Below are positions 35,109 through 47,136 of a stretch of DNA of 64,000 nt, piece by piece. This DNA is from Rebecca billardiae RCC1528 (taxonomy: Eukaryota; Protista; Haptophyta), in assembly GCA_965240325.2 (NCBI GenBank), contig OZ251252.1, forward strand, positions 620,001 to 684,000. The letters run 5' to 3'. Made by a program: the position numbers and the translations under genes. Numbering within the stretch: position 1 is the first letter of the stretch; each line of letters opens with the position of its first letter. The notes under the pieces were generated by a model. That model searched no databases, was not told the origin of the DNA, and saw nothing but the letters and a program-made list of their open reading frames with translations.

Positions 35109-36503
35109 ATGCTTCTCAGCGCACTGCGCGTGCCGGTCCGCCGGGCGCACGTGCTGGCGCATGCGGCGGCCCGTCCGTCCGCGCTGCCGCACGCGGCCTC
35201 GCGCCTCGCTGGCTGCCCCGAGGTGGCCGCGGCGCTGAGCGCGCGGTACGACCTGCTCGCGCTCGCGTCCGGCTCGGCGCGGCCGCTCACAACGAGCGTC
35301 TTCATGCGGAAGAGGCTACGCGCGCTGGAGGAGGAGGCTGAGAGGTCTCCCGACGACCCGGGCCGCGTGCTCGCCTACTACGACGCCGCAAACCGCGCCA
35401 AGTCGCCCGCGCTCGTCGTGCGCCACTTTGAGACGGGCGCGTACGCGGCCGACGACGCGGTCGCGAAGGAGTACATCAAGGCGTTGAGCGCGCTCGGCCG
35501 GCTCGACCGCCTGGACATGGGCGAGGTTGCCGACGCGCTCGATCGCTCGGGCGCCCGATCCGCCCTCGACCGCGTCGGCTCGCGCGGCGCAGACGACGCC
35601 ACTCGGCTTGTGGGCGGCGGCGCGCTGCGCGGCGCCACGTCCGCACGCGGCATGCTCGGCGGCGGCGGCGGCGCGACGGGGAGCGCGGGGACGCCGGACG
35701 AGCCGGTGCACGTGGTCTTCACCGAGCCGCTGCGCGCGCAGCTCTGGCGCATCGTGCGCAACCTCGCGCTCGCCGGCGTGATCATGCTTATGATCACGAT
35801 GGTGCGTGCGCGCCCCGGGGCCGCGCGACGCGCGCGCGCGCCCTGAGCGCGCGCCCTGAGCAGCGCCCGCGGCCTGCTGGGCTGCGTGCGCGCGCGCATG
35901 CGTGCGCGTGGGCGTGCGTGCGCCGGGCGGCGCGTGGCTGGCACCTGCTCGCCGCGCGCCTCTCGCGCTCGCCCGGGCGAAGGGGGCACACACCGCGGGC
36001 GGGGCCATTCGCGCCCGCGCCGCCGGGCAGCGAGCGCGCGCGCAGCGCGCTCGCGCGGTCGAGTGGGCGCGCGGCTCACAGGGAGGCGCGTGGCGGCGCG
36101 CGCGCGTGGCGCGCTCGCGCGCGCGCAGGTGCTGGAGGAGAGAGGGCTCGCGCGCGGCGGCTCGTCCGGCCTCGGCGCCTTCACCACCGACGTCAAGCCC
36201 GTGACCAACTCGTCGAAAACGTTCGACGACGTCGTCGGCGTCGACGAGGTCAAGGCGGAGCTGCAGGAGATTGTCCGGTATCTCCGCTCGCCCAAGACGT
36301 TCACGCGGCTCGGCGGCAAGCTGCCCAAGGGCGTGATGCTGACGGGGCCGCCGGGCACGGGCAAGACGCTGCTCGCGCGCGCGGTCGCGGGCGAGGCGGG
36401 CGTGCCCTTCTTTTACATGTCAGGCTCCGAGTTTGAAGAGGTGTTCGTTGGCGTGGGCGCGCGGCGGGTGCGCGACCTGTTCACCGCCGCCAAGGCGCGC
36501 TCG

Positions 36504-36535
<32 letters not shown>

Positions 36536-37725
36536 GATCGGCTCGCACCGGAACCCAAAGGACCAGCAGGCGATGAAGATGACGCTCAACCAGCTCCTGG
36601 TAGAGCTCGACGGCTTCAACCAGAACGAGGGTGTCATCGTGATCGGCGCGACCAACTTTCCAGAGGTGCTCGACCGCGCGCTGGTGCGGCCCGGCCGGTT
36701 CGACACGATGGTGAACGTGCCGCTGCCGGACGTGAAGGGGCGCGCGCAGATCCTCTCGCTGCACGCGAAGCCGATCACGCTGGGGCCGAGCGTCGACCTC
36801 GAGCGCATCGCGCGCGCCACGCCCGGCTTCTCCGGCGCCGACCTGCACAACCTGATGAACATGGCGGCGCTCAAGGCGTCGCTCGACGGGCAGGAGGCTG
36901 TGGGCATGTCGGCTCTCGAGTACGCATGCGACAAGATCCGGATGGGCGCGGAGCGCAAGTCGGCGCACATCTCGGAGGAGAACCTGCGCATGACGGCCTA
37001 CCACGAGGGCGGGCACGCGCTCGTCGCGCTGCACACCAAGGGCGCCATGCCCATCCACAAAGCCACCATCGTGCCGCGCGGCATGGCGCTCGGCATGGTA
37101 TCCTATCTCCCGGAGAAGGACCAGCTCAACATGTCGCGCGAGCAGATGCTCGCGACGCTCGACGTGGCGATGGGCGGGCGGATCGCGGAGGAGATCATCT
37201 TCGGCCCCTCCGGCGTGACCACGGGCGCGCAGGGCGACCTCGCCACCGCCACCTCCATCGCGCGCAACATGGTCACCAAGTACGGCATGTCGGACGTGGT
37301 CGGCCCGATCTACGCGCCGGACGACGAGCGAACGGCGCTCGCGCCCGCCACGCGCGAGCTGATCGACAAGGAGGTGCAGAAGATCCTCGAGGTGCGCGCG
37401 CGCGCCCGCCGCGCCCCGTGCGCGCCCGCCGCGCCCCGCGCGCGCCCGCCGCGCCTCGCGCGCGCGCGCTCCGTCCGTGCGGCCCGCCCTCCCGCCCACC
37501 GGCGCGCGCCCCCGCCCTCGCCCCTCGCGCAAACGCCCGCCCACGCCGCCGCCTCTGTCCGCGCAGGGCGCCGCCGAGCGCGCGAGGCACGTGCTCAAGA
37601 CGCACGTCAAGGAGCTGCACCTGCTGGCGGCCGGGCTGCAGAAATACGAGACTCTGAGCAAGGACGAGATCGCCAAGATTTGCAAGGGGGAGCAGCTGCC
37701 GACCACCACGCCCGAGCGGTCGTAG
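35109..37725 (+). CDS. YME1: Mitochondrial i-AAA metalloprotease (YME1/FtsH4-like); exons 35109-35801, 36129-37391, 37567-37725
   Basis: Walker A GPPGTGKT, Walker B IIFIDEID, SRH LVRPGRFD, zinc motif AYHEGGH and KATIVPRG. One TM before the AAA domain. Confidence 0.93.
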
Positions 37726-37899
37726 GCACTGACGTGCTGGCTGCAGCGGTGCCGTCAGGATGATGCGCCATGCTTATACGGCCGATGCCCGATGCGAGCA
37801 GCAGTAGCATCAGACTCAGTGTCAGACAGTGACAGTCGTCATCGTCACGCCATTCCGCATTCGCCTGCTGACTCAGCTGAGCTGCGGTGAGTCGTTAAA

Positions 37900-39593
37900 G
37901 ACAGGTTGCACGGAAAAATGACCGCTCGCGACTGACAGATGTTACATTCACAGTGGACGCGACCTGTCCACCCGTCTTTCGGTACATCGCGCCCGTCCCA
38001 TGGCGGCCGGCGCGTGGCGCGAGTGCTTGGAAACGGAGGAGCACACGAAGGTCGTCCGTTTCCGACCTTCGCGGCCAGGGCCCGCCTCCCCGTTCGCCCG
38101 CAATCGGTACCACAGTCTGGTGCCCAGTTCCTCTCACTCCGGCAGTGGCGCGAAGCCGAAGCGCATCGGGAAGAAGCACAAGGTGACCTGGATACAGGTG
38201 GTAGATAGAGCCTTCAAGGAGGCTGCCGTCGCGAACGATCAAGATGCACCGGTTGCGGTATGCGCGTGCACCCTTGCACGAACGTGTGCTGGTCTCCTGC
38301 TGCGCTGCTCGTACCGTACGCACGAGCGCGCAACCGTGCGCACGCGCTCAGGAGGCTCGGACCACACACGCGAGTGCTTGTGAAGCTCGCCTCACGAGGC
38401 CTTCGTAGAAGAAGGCGGGCAACCGTAGCGCGCTAAGGAAGCAGGAGAAGATGCTCGCCAAACGCGTCCAGCGCGCGAGGGTGAAGCTTGCTACGGCGCG
38501 CGCGGCCTCTGCTGTTGCAGCTCGGGCCGCTGCTCCGGCCGTGCAGGCGTCTGGCGCGGGGTCCTCAGACAAGCAGGCGAACTCTGGGCAGTCTGCCTTT
38601 GCCGCCGGCAAGAAGTATCGGAAGCGCACACATTTGGTCGTGCGCGTGGCGCGCTCGCGCGCTGTGACGCAGCAAGCAGGCGATCCTTGACAAGCGCCTC
38701 GCTGACGCTCAGCAGGCCGAGGCGACGAGCGGCGCTCGACCACGCTGACAGGCACGCCCTGAGCGAGGGGGAAGGCCCCTTTCGAGACAGCACTCAGGCG
38801 CTCGACTTTGAGTATGTCATTGATCGCGCGCGTGTGTGATCACGTCAGCAAGACTAAGTCGCGCGAGGTGGAGTAGGTGGTAGCGCGCCTCTTCGCCGCA
38901 TCATCTGCAGCTGACTGGCGTGCACCCGGCCCCGCCAGCTCGCTCACGTCGCGCGCGGCAGCGGTCGGCTTCCACCCTGTTCGCACAGCGCGGCGCCGGC
39001 TGCACCGCCCGTTCCGCTGGACGCCGGCTCGCTCATCGTTGACGACTTCTTCTTCAACCCGGTCGCGCGGGCGCGGTGATGGTACGGTACACTCCGGCAG
39101 GCAGTGTCTGATGCTCTGCTATGCGTGCGCGTGCCTTTCCACGACGTCGACTCAGGCTGCTACGCGTGGCATCCAGCTCGAGGCGGAGGTCGCCAGGGCT
39201 CGCCCAAGGTCGAGTCTGCCTTGCGTGTGCTAGGTCGCCGAGGTGCGGCCGCAGGGTGCTCGCTGGCTGACTCCTGATGATGACGAGGAGTTGCGCGCCG
39301 TCGCAACCTCTCGCACGCATGGTGCCGACCGAGTCGAGCGGATGACGCTCGTGGCGGCTGCTCTTCAAATGACGCGGTCGGGCCCTTGGCGAGCTTGGGA
39401 GGAGGGCTCGGTCTGCTACATGTGCGTCAGTAGTCATGGCCTAAACCGTGCGCAAGACTCATTGAGTCGTACATGGCGCGGCAGCAACGGCCGCACCCCG
39501 TGGGCACCGTGGGCGGGCAGCCATGCTCCAAACAAAGGCCAAGGGCCGAATTCCGAAATGTAACACCAAGGTCAGTTTCCCGTGCAACCTGTC
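37900..39593. mobile_element. Non-autonomous or decayed TIR DNA transposon (~1.7 kb)
   Basis: TIR GACAGGTTGCACGGAAAAATGACC / GGTCAGTTTCCCGTGCAACCTGTC plus inner TGTTACATT/AATGTAACA. TAAA on both flanks. Only broken ORFs inside. Confidence 0.75.
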
Positions 39594-39619
39594 TAAATAA
39601 TATATATATATTATATATT

Positions 39620-41040
39620 AACGACGTGGTATGCAACGGGCAGGCGTCAGAGTCAGCAAGCTGTAGCAGCAGATCGAGCAGCAGAGACAAACACCAGGAT
39701 CAGCGCTCCTCGCCGTCGTCCCCCCCCTCATAGTCGCCCATCACTCCATCGCCGAGCGGAAGCTCGACGCACCGTCTGGCGTCGACGCGCACGCGCCACC
39801 GCGGTGGTCGCGGTGCCACGCGTCGTCAGCCGTCGTCTCGAAGTAGTCGTCGTATGCAGCGCCCCCGCGGGCGCGTGCCCCCGGGCGCACGTGCGCCATG
39901 CGCGCGCGGGCGATGAGCATCTTGGCCTGGCCACGCAGGCAGCGCATGCCCAGCTCGCGCCGCATGGTGCCGAGCAGCGCGCGCTCGGCGGCGGGGCGCG
40001 AGGGCGCGCTGAGGCGCGCGCGCCACGTGTCCCGCCCCATCTTGGCGATCTTCTTGAGGGTGAGGTCCACCTCCACGCTCCACTCGCCGAACGCCCCCAC
40101 GACAATCGGGACGATCGCGGGGAAGGTGTCGAGCCGCGCCTCGTATGGGCCCACCTGGCCCTCAAGCGTGCCGTAGACCTCGCGGTCGAGGAGCTGCAGC
40201 TGCTTGCGCCGCTCGCGCGGGACGAGTTCCGCGCGGTGGCGCACCGCACCGTTGCGGCCGTCGCTCACCCTGTAGCGCGACTGGCTCAGCGAGATGGTCT
40301 TGACCTCGAACAGGGTACAGTTGCCGTGCACCTCGGCACTCAGGTCCACCACCGGCACGCGCTTGCGGTCCGTGCCGAGCACCGCCTGCGCCTGGGCGGT
40401 GGACTGGGCGTGCACCGAGCCGAAGATCCAGGTGTCCTCCGGCACGGCGTACACACCGGCGTACGTGCGGAAGAACCCCGCCAGCACGCGGATCACCGGG
40501 TCGTGCCGGTAGCGTGCGACGTGGTCGCCGGGGAGCGCGTTGCGGCCGGACGCGCTGAGGAGCGCGTCGCCGTACGCGTCCACCCGGATGCCAGGACCCG
40601 AGCGCGTGGGCACGTACGCCCCGGCCTGGGCCAGCGGCGCGCAGACCGGGCTGGGGATCCCGAGCGCGCGCGCCGCGATCTCGAGCCACTCACCCTGGTG
40701 GTGGACCGCCGCGCTGCCGATCGGGAGCGCGCCCACGAACGCGAGTGAGGCACGGTCCACGTTCTGGATGAGGTGCACACGGCGGTCGTCCCGCGAGAGA
40801 GAGCTGAGCTGCCGCCGCAGGAGCCAGCCGTGGGTGTTCTCGACGTCCTCCGTGATGTCCTTGGCGAGGCTGTAGTAGATGGTGCCGTCCACAGCCCGGC
40901 GTGCAGTGGGTGCCACCTGACCCGCCGGGAGGTGGAGCACGCAGTAAGGCTGCCGGTTGGGCACAGCTGGCGCCTCCTGCTCGGCGAGCTGGAGGCGCTC
41001 CCAGATGGTCGCGAGCGTCCGCCCGTCGAGCGCCGAGCCC
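39620..41040 (-). mobile_element. 5'-truncated non-LTR retrotransposon with restriction-like endonuclease (CRE/R2-group-like)
   Basis: Open frame to the stop at 39741 with ARALGIP..C, VDAYGD, RHDPV, VDL...FEVKT (PD-(D/E)xK-like) and PIVVGAFGEW. TA repeats on both flanks (39599-39619, 41041-41053). Confidence 0.8.
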
Positions 41041-41396
41041 ATATATATATATAACGCGCTGCGTGGCAGTGGCATAGAGCTGCCATGCTGTCTGATGATG
41101 TCGTGCCAATTTGACGAGCGCCTCAGTAGCTGACAGCAGCGCCGCCGGCCCCGCCAGCCAGCAGCAGGGTCCGCGTTCAACGGCGGAGACGAATAATCGT
41201 CGCGGCGCGGGCCGCCGCCGCCTCGTCCAGGGCGACGACGCGCAACCGTCGTCCGGCTTGCCGAGGACAGTGGTCTGTGACCACTACGCGACACATGCCG
41301 CAGGCAGGGCCACCCGGCGCCGGTTGGGACTGTGCGGCGCGTGCCACCGCCGCGCCCGTGCGCCGTGCCCCGCCGACGCTGCAGCGCGCCGCGCGG

Positions 41397-44365
41397 CTAG
41401 AACGTCGGCACCCGCCGCGCCGCCCAGGCCGCCTCCGGCTCCGGCCCGGCCACGGCCTCGCCGGTGCACCGCCCGCCCTCCGCCGTGCCCGCGGCGTCCG
41501 CTGCCACCTTGCCCGAGCAGACACGCCCGCTATGGGGCGCGCTGCCACCCTCGCAGCCCTCGGCCGCGGGCGATGGCACGGCAGTGCCCGCGTCCGAAGC
41601 CTGCGTGCCGGCCTCACCGCTCAGCCGCGCAGAGGCAGAGTCTGCGTCGTCCGCGTCGGCGACGGCAAGCGCGGCGTGCGCGGCAGCGGTGTGGATGGCT
41701 GCGTGCGCGGCCGCCGCCGCCGCGGCGTCTGGCTCCGCCTCGCCCGCCGACGCGTCCATCGGGTCGGCCGCCGAGATTGCGATCTCGTTCGCCTCGGCGG
41801 GCGCGTCCGCCGAGATTGCGATCTCGTGCGGGGCGTGCGACGCCGGGTGCGCGGGCGCGTCCGCCGAGACCGCCGGCTCGTCTACGCCGTGCTGCGCGCT
41901 CGACCAGGGGGCCCCTGGCTGCGGCCGCTGCCACGGCGGCGGCTCCGCGCACGCGCCGCTGCGCGCCCCGCTCAGCTCCGCGCTCAGCGTCAGCTCGGGG
42001 CTCTGCGGCGGCTCTGCCGCCATCGGCTGCGGCGGCGGCTGCTCAGGCGCGCCCCCCTCCTGCGTGGCTGGCGCGCGCGAGCTGTGCTCATCCCAGTCGC
42101 GGCCTGCGCCGTCCGCGCTGCCACCGGCGCCGCCGGCGCCGCCGTGGCCACCGGCGCTGCCGTCCGCGCCGCCAGCGGCGTCGTCACTGGCGTCGTCGCT
42201 CGTGCCGCGCGGGCCGCGCTCCTCACGCCGCGCGGCGGCGGCGGCGGGCGCGGCGGCCGGCGCGGCCGCCACCGACGCCGGCGCGTGCGACACACCGGCC
42301 GAGTGCGGCTCACCCGCGCCCTGTGCCGCCTCGAGCGCGCCCGTCAGATCCGCGAGGAAGTTGCCGTCGGCCGTCACGATCTGGATCCAGTCGTCGAGCA
42401 CGCCCATCGCCTCGTCGATCGCGCTCTCAAACGAGTCCAGAAAATCCGAGTAATTATTCTGGCGGGGTGAAGTAATTGCGCAGCAATTCATTGGCGGGGA
42501 GGCGGCCGCGCGCGATGCGCGCGTGACGGGCGCGTGTGCGTGCGGACGCGCCGCGGACGGCGGGACGGGGATGGGGCGTGAGCGGCGGTGCGCCGCGCGG
42601 CGCCGCGGGCGAGCGGCGGAACTGCCGCTTCCCGCCGGGCGGCCAGCAGCTGTGCCGTGGCCCCTCCGCGCGCGCGAGCGTCGTGCGTGCGCGTGTGCGC
42701 GGCCAGCGCGACGGCGCAGCAGCCGCGAGGCACACCGCCACAGCCGCCCCGGACTTCCCGGACTCCCCCGGACTCCTCCGGACTCCTCCGGGCCTTGGAA
42801 GTGGGAGAGGGCGCGCGCGCGCGGGCGCACCATCCACCCGAGGTCCTCGTCGGCGAGCTTCCGCTCCCACAGCCGGTGGCCGCGAGGCACGTCGCCACCG
42901 AGGTGCGCGTTGCGAACCGCCTGCGAGCGCGCGCGGTGCGCGTGCGGTGTGCGCGCGGCGCGCGTAGTGTGCGCGCGCGCCGGAGGGTGGGGCCGAGGGG
43001 GCGCGCGCCGTGGCCCGTGCGTCAGGCGGACGGGCAGGGCGCGCCCCCCACGTGGGCGTGGCAGGCCGTCCGCAGCAACGACGCCTCAGGCCGGTGCCAG
43101 CGTCCGCTGTAACGGCGGCCGTTACTGGCGGCGGCTGCTCGGCCGACAGTTGGGAGGGGCGCCCGCGCCGCCCGCGCCTCTGCCGCCGCCTGCGCGGGCG
43201 CGCGCGCGCCACGCCCGCACGCGCACGCCGCGCCGCAGCCCCCGTCCCGACAGCACACCACGCCGCGCACCGCACGGCACGCCGCCCCCCACTCGCCCTC
43301 GCCGGCGGCACACCCGGCAGACACTCAGCGCGCGCGCTCGCCGCCCTTCGCGCGGCGCTTCGCGCGCGCAAGCTCCCGAGCCCGCGCGCGCGCGCCGCGC
43401 CAGCGCGCGTTCGCGCGGCGCGCGCCGCGCGCCGCCGCGCGCCGCACCTCCAGCAGGCGGTCCGCGCTGTCGAGCGGGAAGAGCACCGCGCGGCTCTCGC
43501 GCGAGCCGTCGCCGTACGTCATCGCGTAGTGCTCCACGCCGCCCGGCAGGTGGTCCGCGTACGCGACACGCTTGCGCTTGTACTCGCTGTGTTTCGTTAA
43601 AACGCGCCGCGCCTGCGCCTTGCGCAGCGCGATCGTCTGGCGCGCCTCGTCGTCCGCGTCGTCGCACGCGTCGTCGTCGTCGTCGTCGTCTTCGTCGTCG
43701 TCCGAGCCGCCGAGCGCGCGACGCCTCGGCGCCGCCTTCGACGCGCGCCCCGCCGCGCCGGACTCCTGCGACAGCTTCAGCTTTGCCCCGGGCGCCGCGC
43801 CGCGCTCGGCCGCCGCCGCCGCGCCGCCGCAGCTGCCGCCGCCGCCGCCGCCGCCGAGCGAGGACGAGCCCGCGGCGGCGGCCTTCGAGCGCGAGGGGCT
43901 GGGCGGGGCGCCGTCGGGGAGCGCCCGGGCGCGCCGGTGCTCCCTCCACGCGGCGGGCAGCGACTTCACCTTCACCTTCGTCCGGAAGTGCACGAAGTAC
44001 TTGTCCGCCCGCGAGCCGTCCTGGCGCAGCTGCCGTTCGACTGTCCAGCCGGGCGGCGGGACCTTGGTCTCGTCGGGCGGCGGCCCGGCGGGCGCGGCGG
44101 CGGCGCGCTTGGGCGCGGGCTTGCTCGTCGCGCCCTCGCGCGACGCCGGACCGCTCCTCGCGTCAGATGCCGGCCGCTCGCGCTTGGCGCCGGCCGCGGC
44201 CGCGCCGCGGCGCGCGCCCGCTTGCTGCGCGCGCGGCTGGGGGGTGTCCGACTCGAAGTCGTCGTCGGGGTCGCCGGGCTGCGGTCGTGCCGTATAGAAC
44301 GATGTCATCTTCGCCTGGCCCGGGTCGTTCCCCTTCGCCTTCTTGCCGCCGCGCGGCTGCGGCAT
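41397..44365 (-). CDS. MBD-like (methyl-CpG-binding fold) nuclear protein with acidic Ala-rich tail; exons 44365-43448, 42920-42831, 42458-41397
   Basis: PPGWTVERQLRQDGSRADKYFVHFRTKVKVKSL matches the MBD pattern. Two phase-0 GT-AG introns join three ORF pieces in frame. Confidence 0.65.
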
Positions 44366-44663
44366 CGCGCGCGATCGAGCGAGGGCCACACGCGCGAGGC
44401 GCCAGTGCTCGGGTGGCGGCGGGCGGCGGACAAGGTTTTATGACCAACCGTCTTCTCGAGCGGACAAACATGATCCGGGGCGTGATCCGGCAACCTGCGG
44501 CGGCAGCCGTCGCGGTGCGGGTCGTAACACTCGACGCGGTGGTTGAGTGGCTGTCCAGCGCGCTGATTGGCGGGCGCCTTGGCCGACGTCATAGTCGATT
44601 TATTAGGCGCGCCATCCACAAGAGATCTTCCCGACGAGGCGCTGGGCGCTGCGCTGGCCCGGG

Positions 44664-46829
44664 ATGTCTGCGCCCCAGGGGGCGGAGGACTCGGGCACCG
44701 CGCCGAGCGCGATGGAGCGGCGCACGACGCCGAGCCCGAAGAGCTCGAGCCCGGGCGTGTCCACACCCATCGACGCGACGGACGAGGCGGCGCCAGCCGA
44801 GCTCGGCGCGCTCGCGGCGCCCGCGCCGGCGTGCGAGCCCGCCGCCGCGCCCGGCGCGGAGGAGGAGCTGCTGGACGAGTCCGGCGAGCTCACGGCGAGC
44901 GCGTGCGTGGCGTTCGCCGACATGGCCGACGCGGTGCGCGGCGCGCGGCCCACGCTGCCCGCCTCCGCCCTCGACTTCCTCGACGCCATGTACGACCAGG
45001 CGACGCAGGGCGACTGCACGGCCGCGCGGCCGTCGATTCTGAAGAGCGGCCGGCGGCGGCGGCACTGGGAGGCGTGGACGGGGCTGAAGGGGATGACGCG
45101 TGACGATGCGATCATCGCGTACATCAGCTTCGCGCGCGACCTCTTCACCGCCTCGCCGCAGTCCAGCCCGAGCCCGTGCGCGCCGCCGGCTGGGCGGGAG
45201 GCGGCGGCCGTGCGCCGGCGTGGCACCGTGGCGGGCGCCGGCGCGCCGGCGGAGGCCGCGTCGATGGCGGCCGCGCTCGCGCCGCGCTCGCTGCCGTTCA
45301 GCGCCGCGTCGGCGTCGCGATCCATGCCCACCGCGCTCGACGAGGCGCCCGCGCTCCTCTCGGACGCCGCCTCGGCCCGCGCGCCCGCGGCCGGCGGCGG
45401 CGGCCGCGCCGCGCCGCCGCGCGCCGCGCCGGCGCGATCCGCCGACGCATCGCCAGGGCTGTCGCTGGCGGCGGCGGCTGCGGCGGCAGCGGCGGTGGGC
45501 AGGGGGGCGACGGCTCGGCCGGTGCCTTCGGCGCCGCAGTCGCTTGCCGCCTCGCCGCAGGCCCCGCCCTTCGCCGCCTCGCCGCCCTTTTGGGCATCGC
45601 ACGGCGGCGGCGCGCGGCCCGCCGCCGGTAGCGGAGCGGCCGCGGCCGCGGCCGCGGCCGCGGCCGCGGCGGCCGCGCCGCTCGTGCCGCTCGAGCTGCC
45701 CGTGGCGTACACGCCGCGGCCGGACGTGGTGCGGCACGGGTACCTGTGGAAGCGGCGCGACGTGCTGCAGGGCTGGCGCCTCCGCTTCTTCGAGCTGCAC
45801 CAGTCCGGGCTTCTCTGCTACTACCGGAGTCCGGCCGAGAGCGTGCCGCGCGGCCAGCTCGATCTACACGGCTGCGCAGTGCGCGTCGAGCACGCGCGCA
45901 GCGAGAGCAACGGGCGGCACCACAAGTGGGCGATCGACACGCCGCCCGCGCCGGGCTCCGCGACCGAGCGCGCCGCGCGCACGGCGTACCGCCTCGCCGC
46001 GTGCTCGAGCGCCGACGCCGAGGCGTGGGTGCGGGAGCTGCGACTGGCGGCCGCGGCGCGCGCGCGCGGCGCCGCGCCCATTACGTTTGCTGGGCCGAAG
46101 CGAATTGCGCCGAGCGCGCCGTCGCAGTCGCTGCTGCCGAGCCGCGCGGCGGCGGCGGCGGCGGCGGCGGTGGTCGCCGACCGCCGGCCGTCCTCCTCCG
46201 CGAGCATGCGCCCCGCCGGCGGCGCCCACGGCGGCGCCGCGCGCGCCCGCCGCACCGATTCCGCCGCGCGGGCGTGGCCTCAGCTGGCGGCCGATGCGAC
46301 CGCGGGGGCGTTGCGAGTCTCGCTGCGCGCCGGCACGGCGGCGCTGCGGCGCGCGCGCGCGGCGCCCGCGGCCGGGGTGCTCGCGGTGGCGGTGCTTCTG
46401 GCGCTGATCCTGGCCGCCGGCGGAGGCGCGCGCCTCCCGGCCCCGCACAGCGCGGCCGTCAACCCGATCGTCGCTGTTGCGCACAGCGGCTGCGGCGAGG
46501 GCGCGCCGAGCGCGCGGCCGGCGCGCGACTGGCTGCAGCAGCAGCCGCCGATGCCAAGTCTCGGCAGCGCGGCAGCGCCGCTCGCGGCGGCGGGGCCGGC
46601 GGCGTCGGTGGGGCCGGAGGCGCCGTGGTCGGAGCGGGGCGAGGGCGGCACGCCGCCACCCGTGCGGCTCGAGGTGGCCGAGCCGCCCGCCGCCGGGCGT
46701 CACGAGTCTAGTGACACGGCTGCATCACATTCACAATGGCGGCCGGAGCGGCACTCGACGCCTGCCGGGGCCGCGGAGGCGGCGTCTACCGCTCCGCCGC
46801 GGTGTCTGAGTAGCAGCGGCGGGGACTAG
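44664..46829 (+). CDS. Acyl-CoA-binding (ACBP) + PH domain + transmembrane protein
   Basis: ACBP: MYDQATQGDC..RPSIL...HWEAWTGLKGMTRDDAIIAYI. PH: RHGYLWKRRDVLQGWRLRFFEL...LCYY...RGQLDL...AEAWVREL. TM: GVLAVAVLLALILAAG. Confidence 0.8.
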   Translation: MSAPQGAEDSGTAPSAMERRTTPSPKSSSPGVSTPIDATDEAAPAELGALAAPAPACEPAAAPGAEEELLDESGELTASACVAFADMADAVRGARPTLPASALDFLDAMYDQATQGDCTAARPSILKSGRRRRHWEAWTGLKGMTRDDAIIAYISFARDLFTASPQSSPSPCAPPAGREAAAVRRRGTVAGAGAPAEAASMAAALAPRSLPFSAASASRSMPTALDEAPALLSDAASARAPAAGGGGRAAPPRAAPARSADASPGLSLAAAAAAAAAVGRGATARPVPSAPQSLAASPQAPPFAASPPFWASHGGGARPAAGSGAAAAAAAAAAAAAAPLVPLELPVAYTPRPDVVRHGYLWKRRDVLQGWRLRFFELHQSGLLCYYRSPAESVPRGQLDLHGCAVRVEHARSESNGRHHKWAIDTPPAPGSATERAARTAYRLAACSSADAEAWVRELRLAAAARARGAAPITFAGPKRIAPSAPSQSLLPSRAAAAAAAAVVADRRPSSSASMRPAGGAHGGAARARRTDSAARAWPQLAADATAGALRVSLRAGTAALRRARAAPAAGVLAVAVLLALILAAGGGARLPAPHSAAVNPIVAVAHSGCGEGAPSARPARDWLQQQPPMPSLGSAAAPLAAAGPAASVGPEAPWSERGEGGTPPPVRLEVAEPPAAGRHESSDTAASHSQWRPERHSTPAGAAEAASTAPPRCLSSSGGD

Positions 46830-47136
46830 CGTACGGCGTAGACTGCGGTGGCTCGCAGAGCTACTCTGATAAGAATGCTGGCGGTCACACGTGGGGCGTG
46901 TCGGTTGCCAGAGGAGTCTCCGTCGTACACCCGTATCGCGGCAGCAAAGACTTGCCCTAAAGACGGCGACGGTTGGTCGGTGCTCGCGAGTGGTCCGGAT
47001 CGAGAGGCGCCCGGATTCGTGGCGCCGCGCGCACCGTGCACCTTCAACCTCCTGGAAGCGGACCGCCTGCAGCGCGGTCGGAGGCGCGCACGCGGCCTCG
47101 TGCGGGTATCGTGGCGGGTCCGCCGCCGCGCGCGCG

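Noticed and set aside
42523-45042. 839-aa plus-strand Arg-rich ORF
   Set aside because: A GC artefact overlapping the MBD-like gene, its introns and another frame of the ACBP-PH gene.
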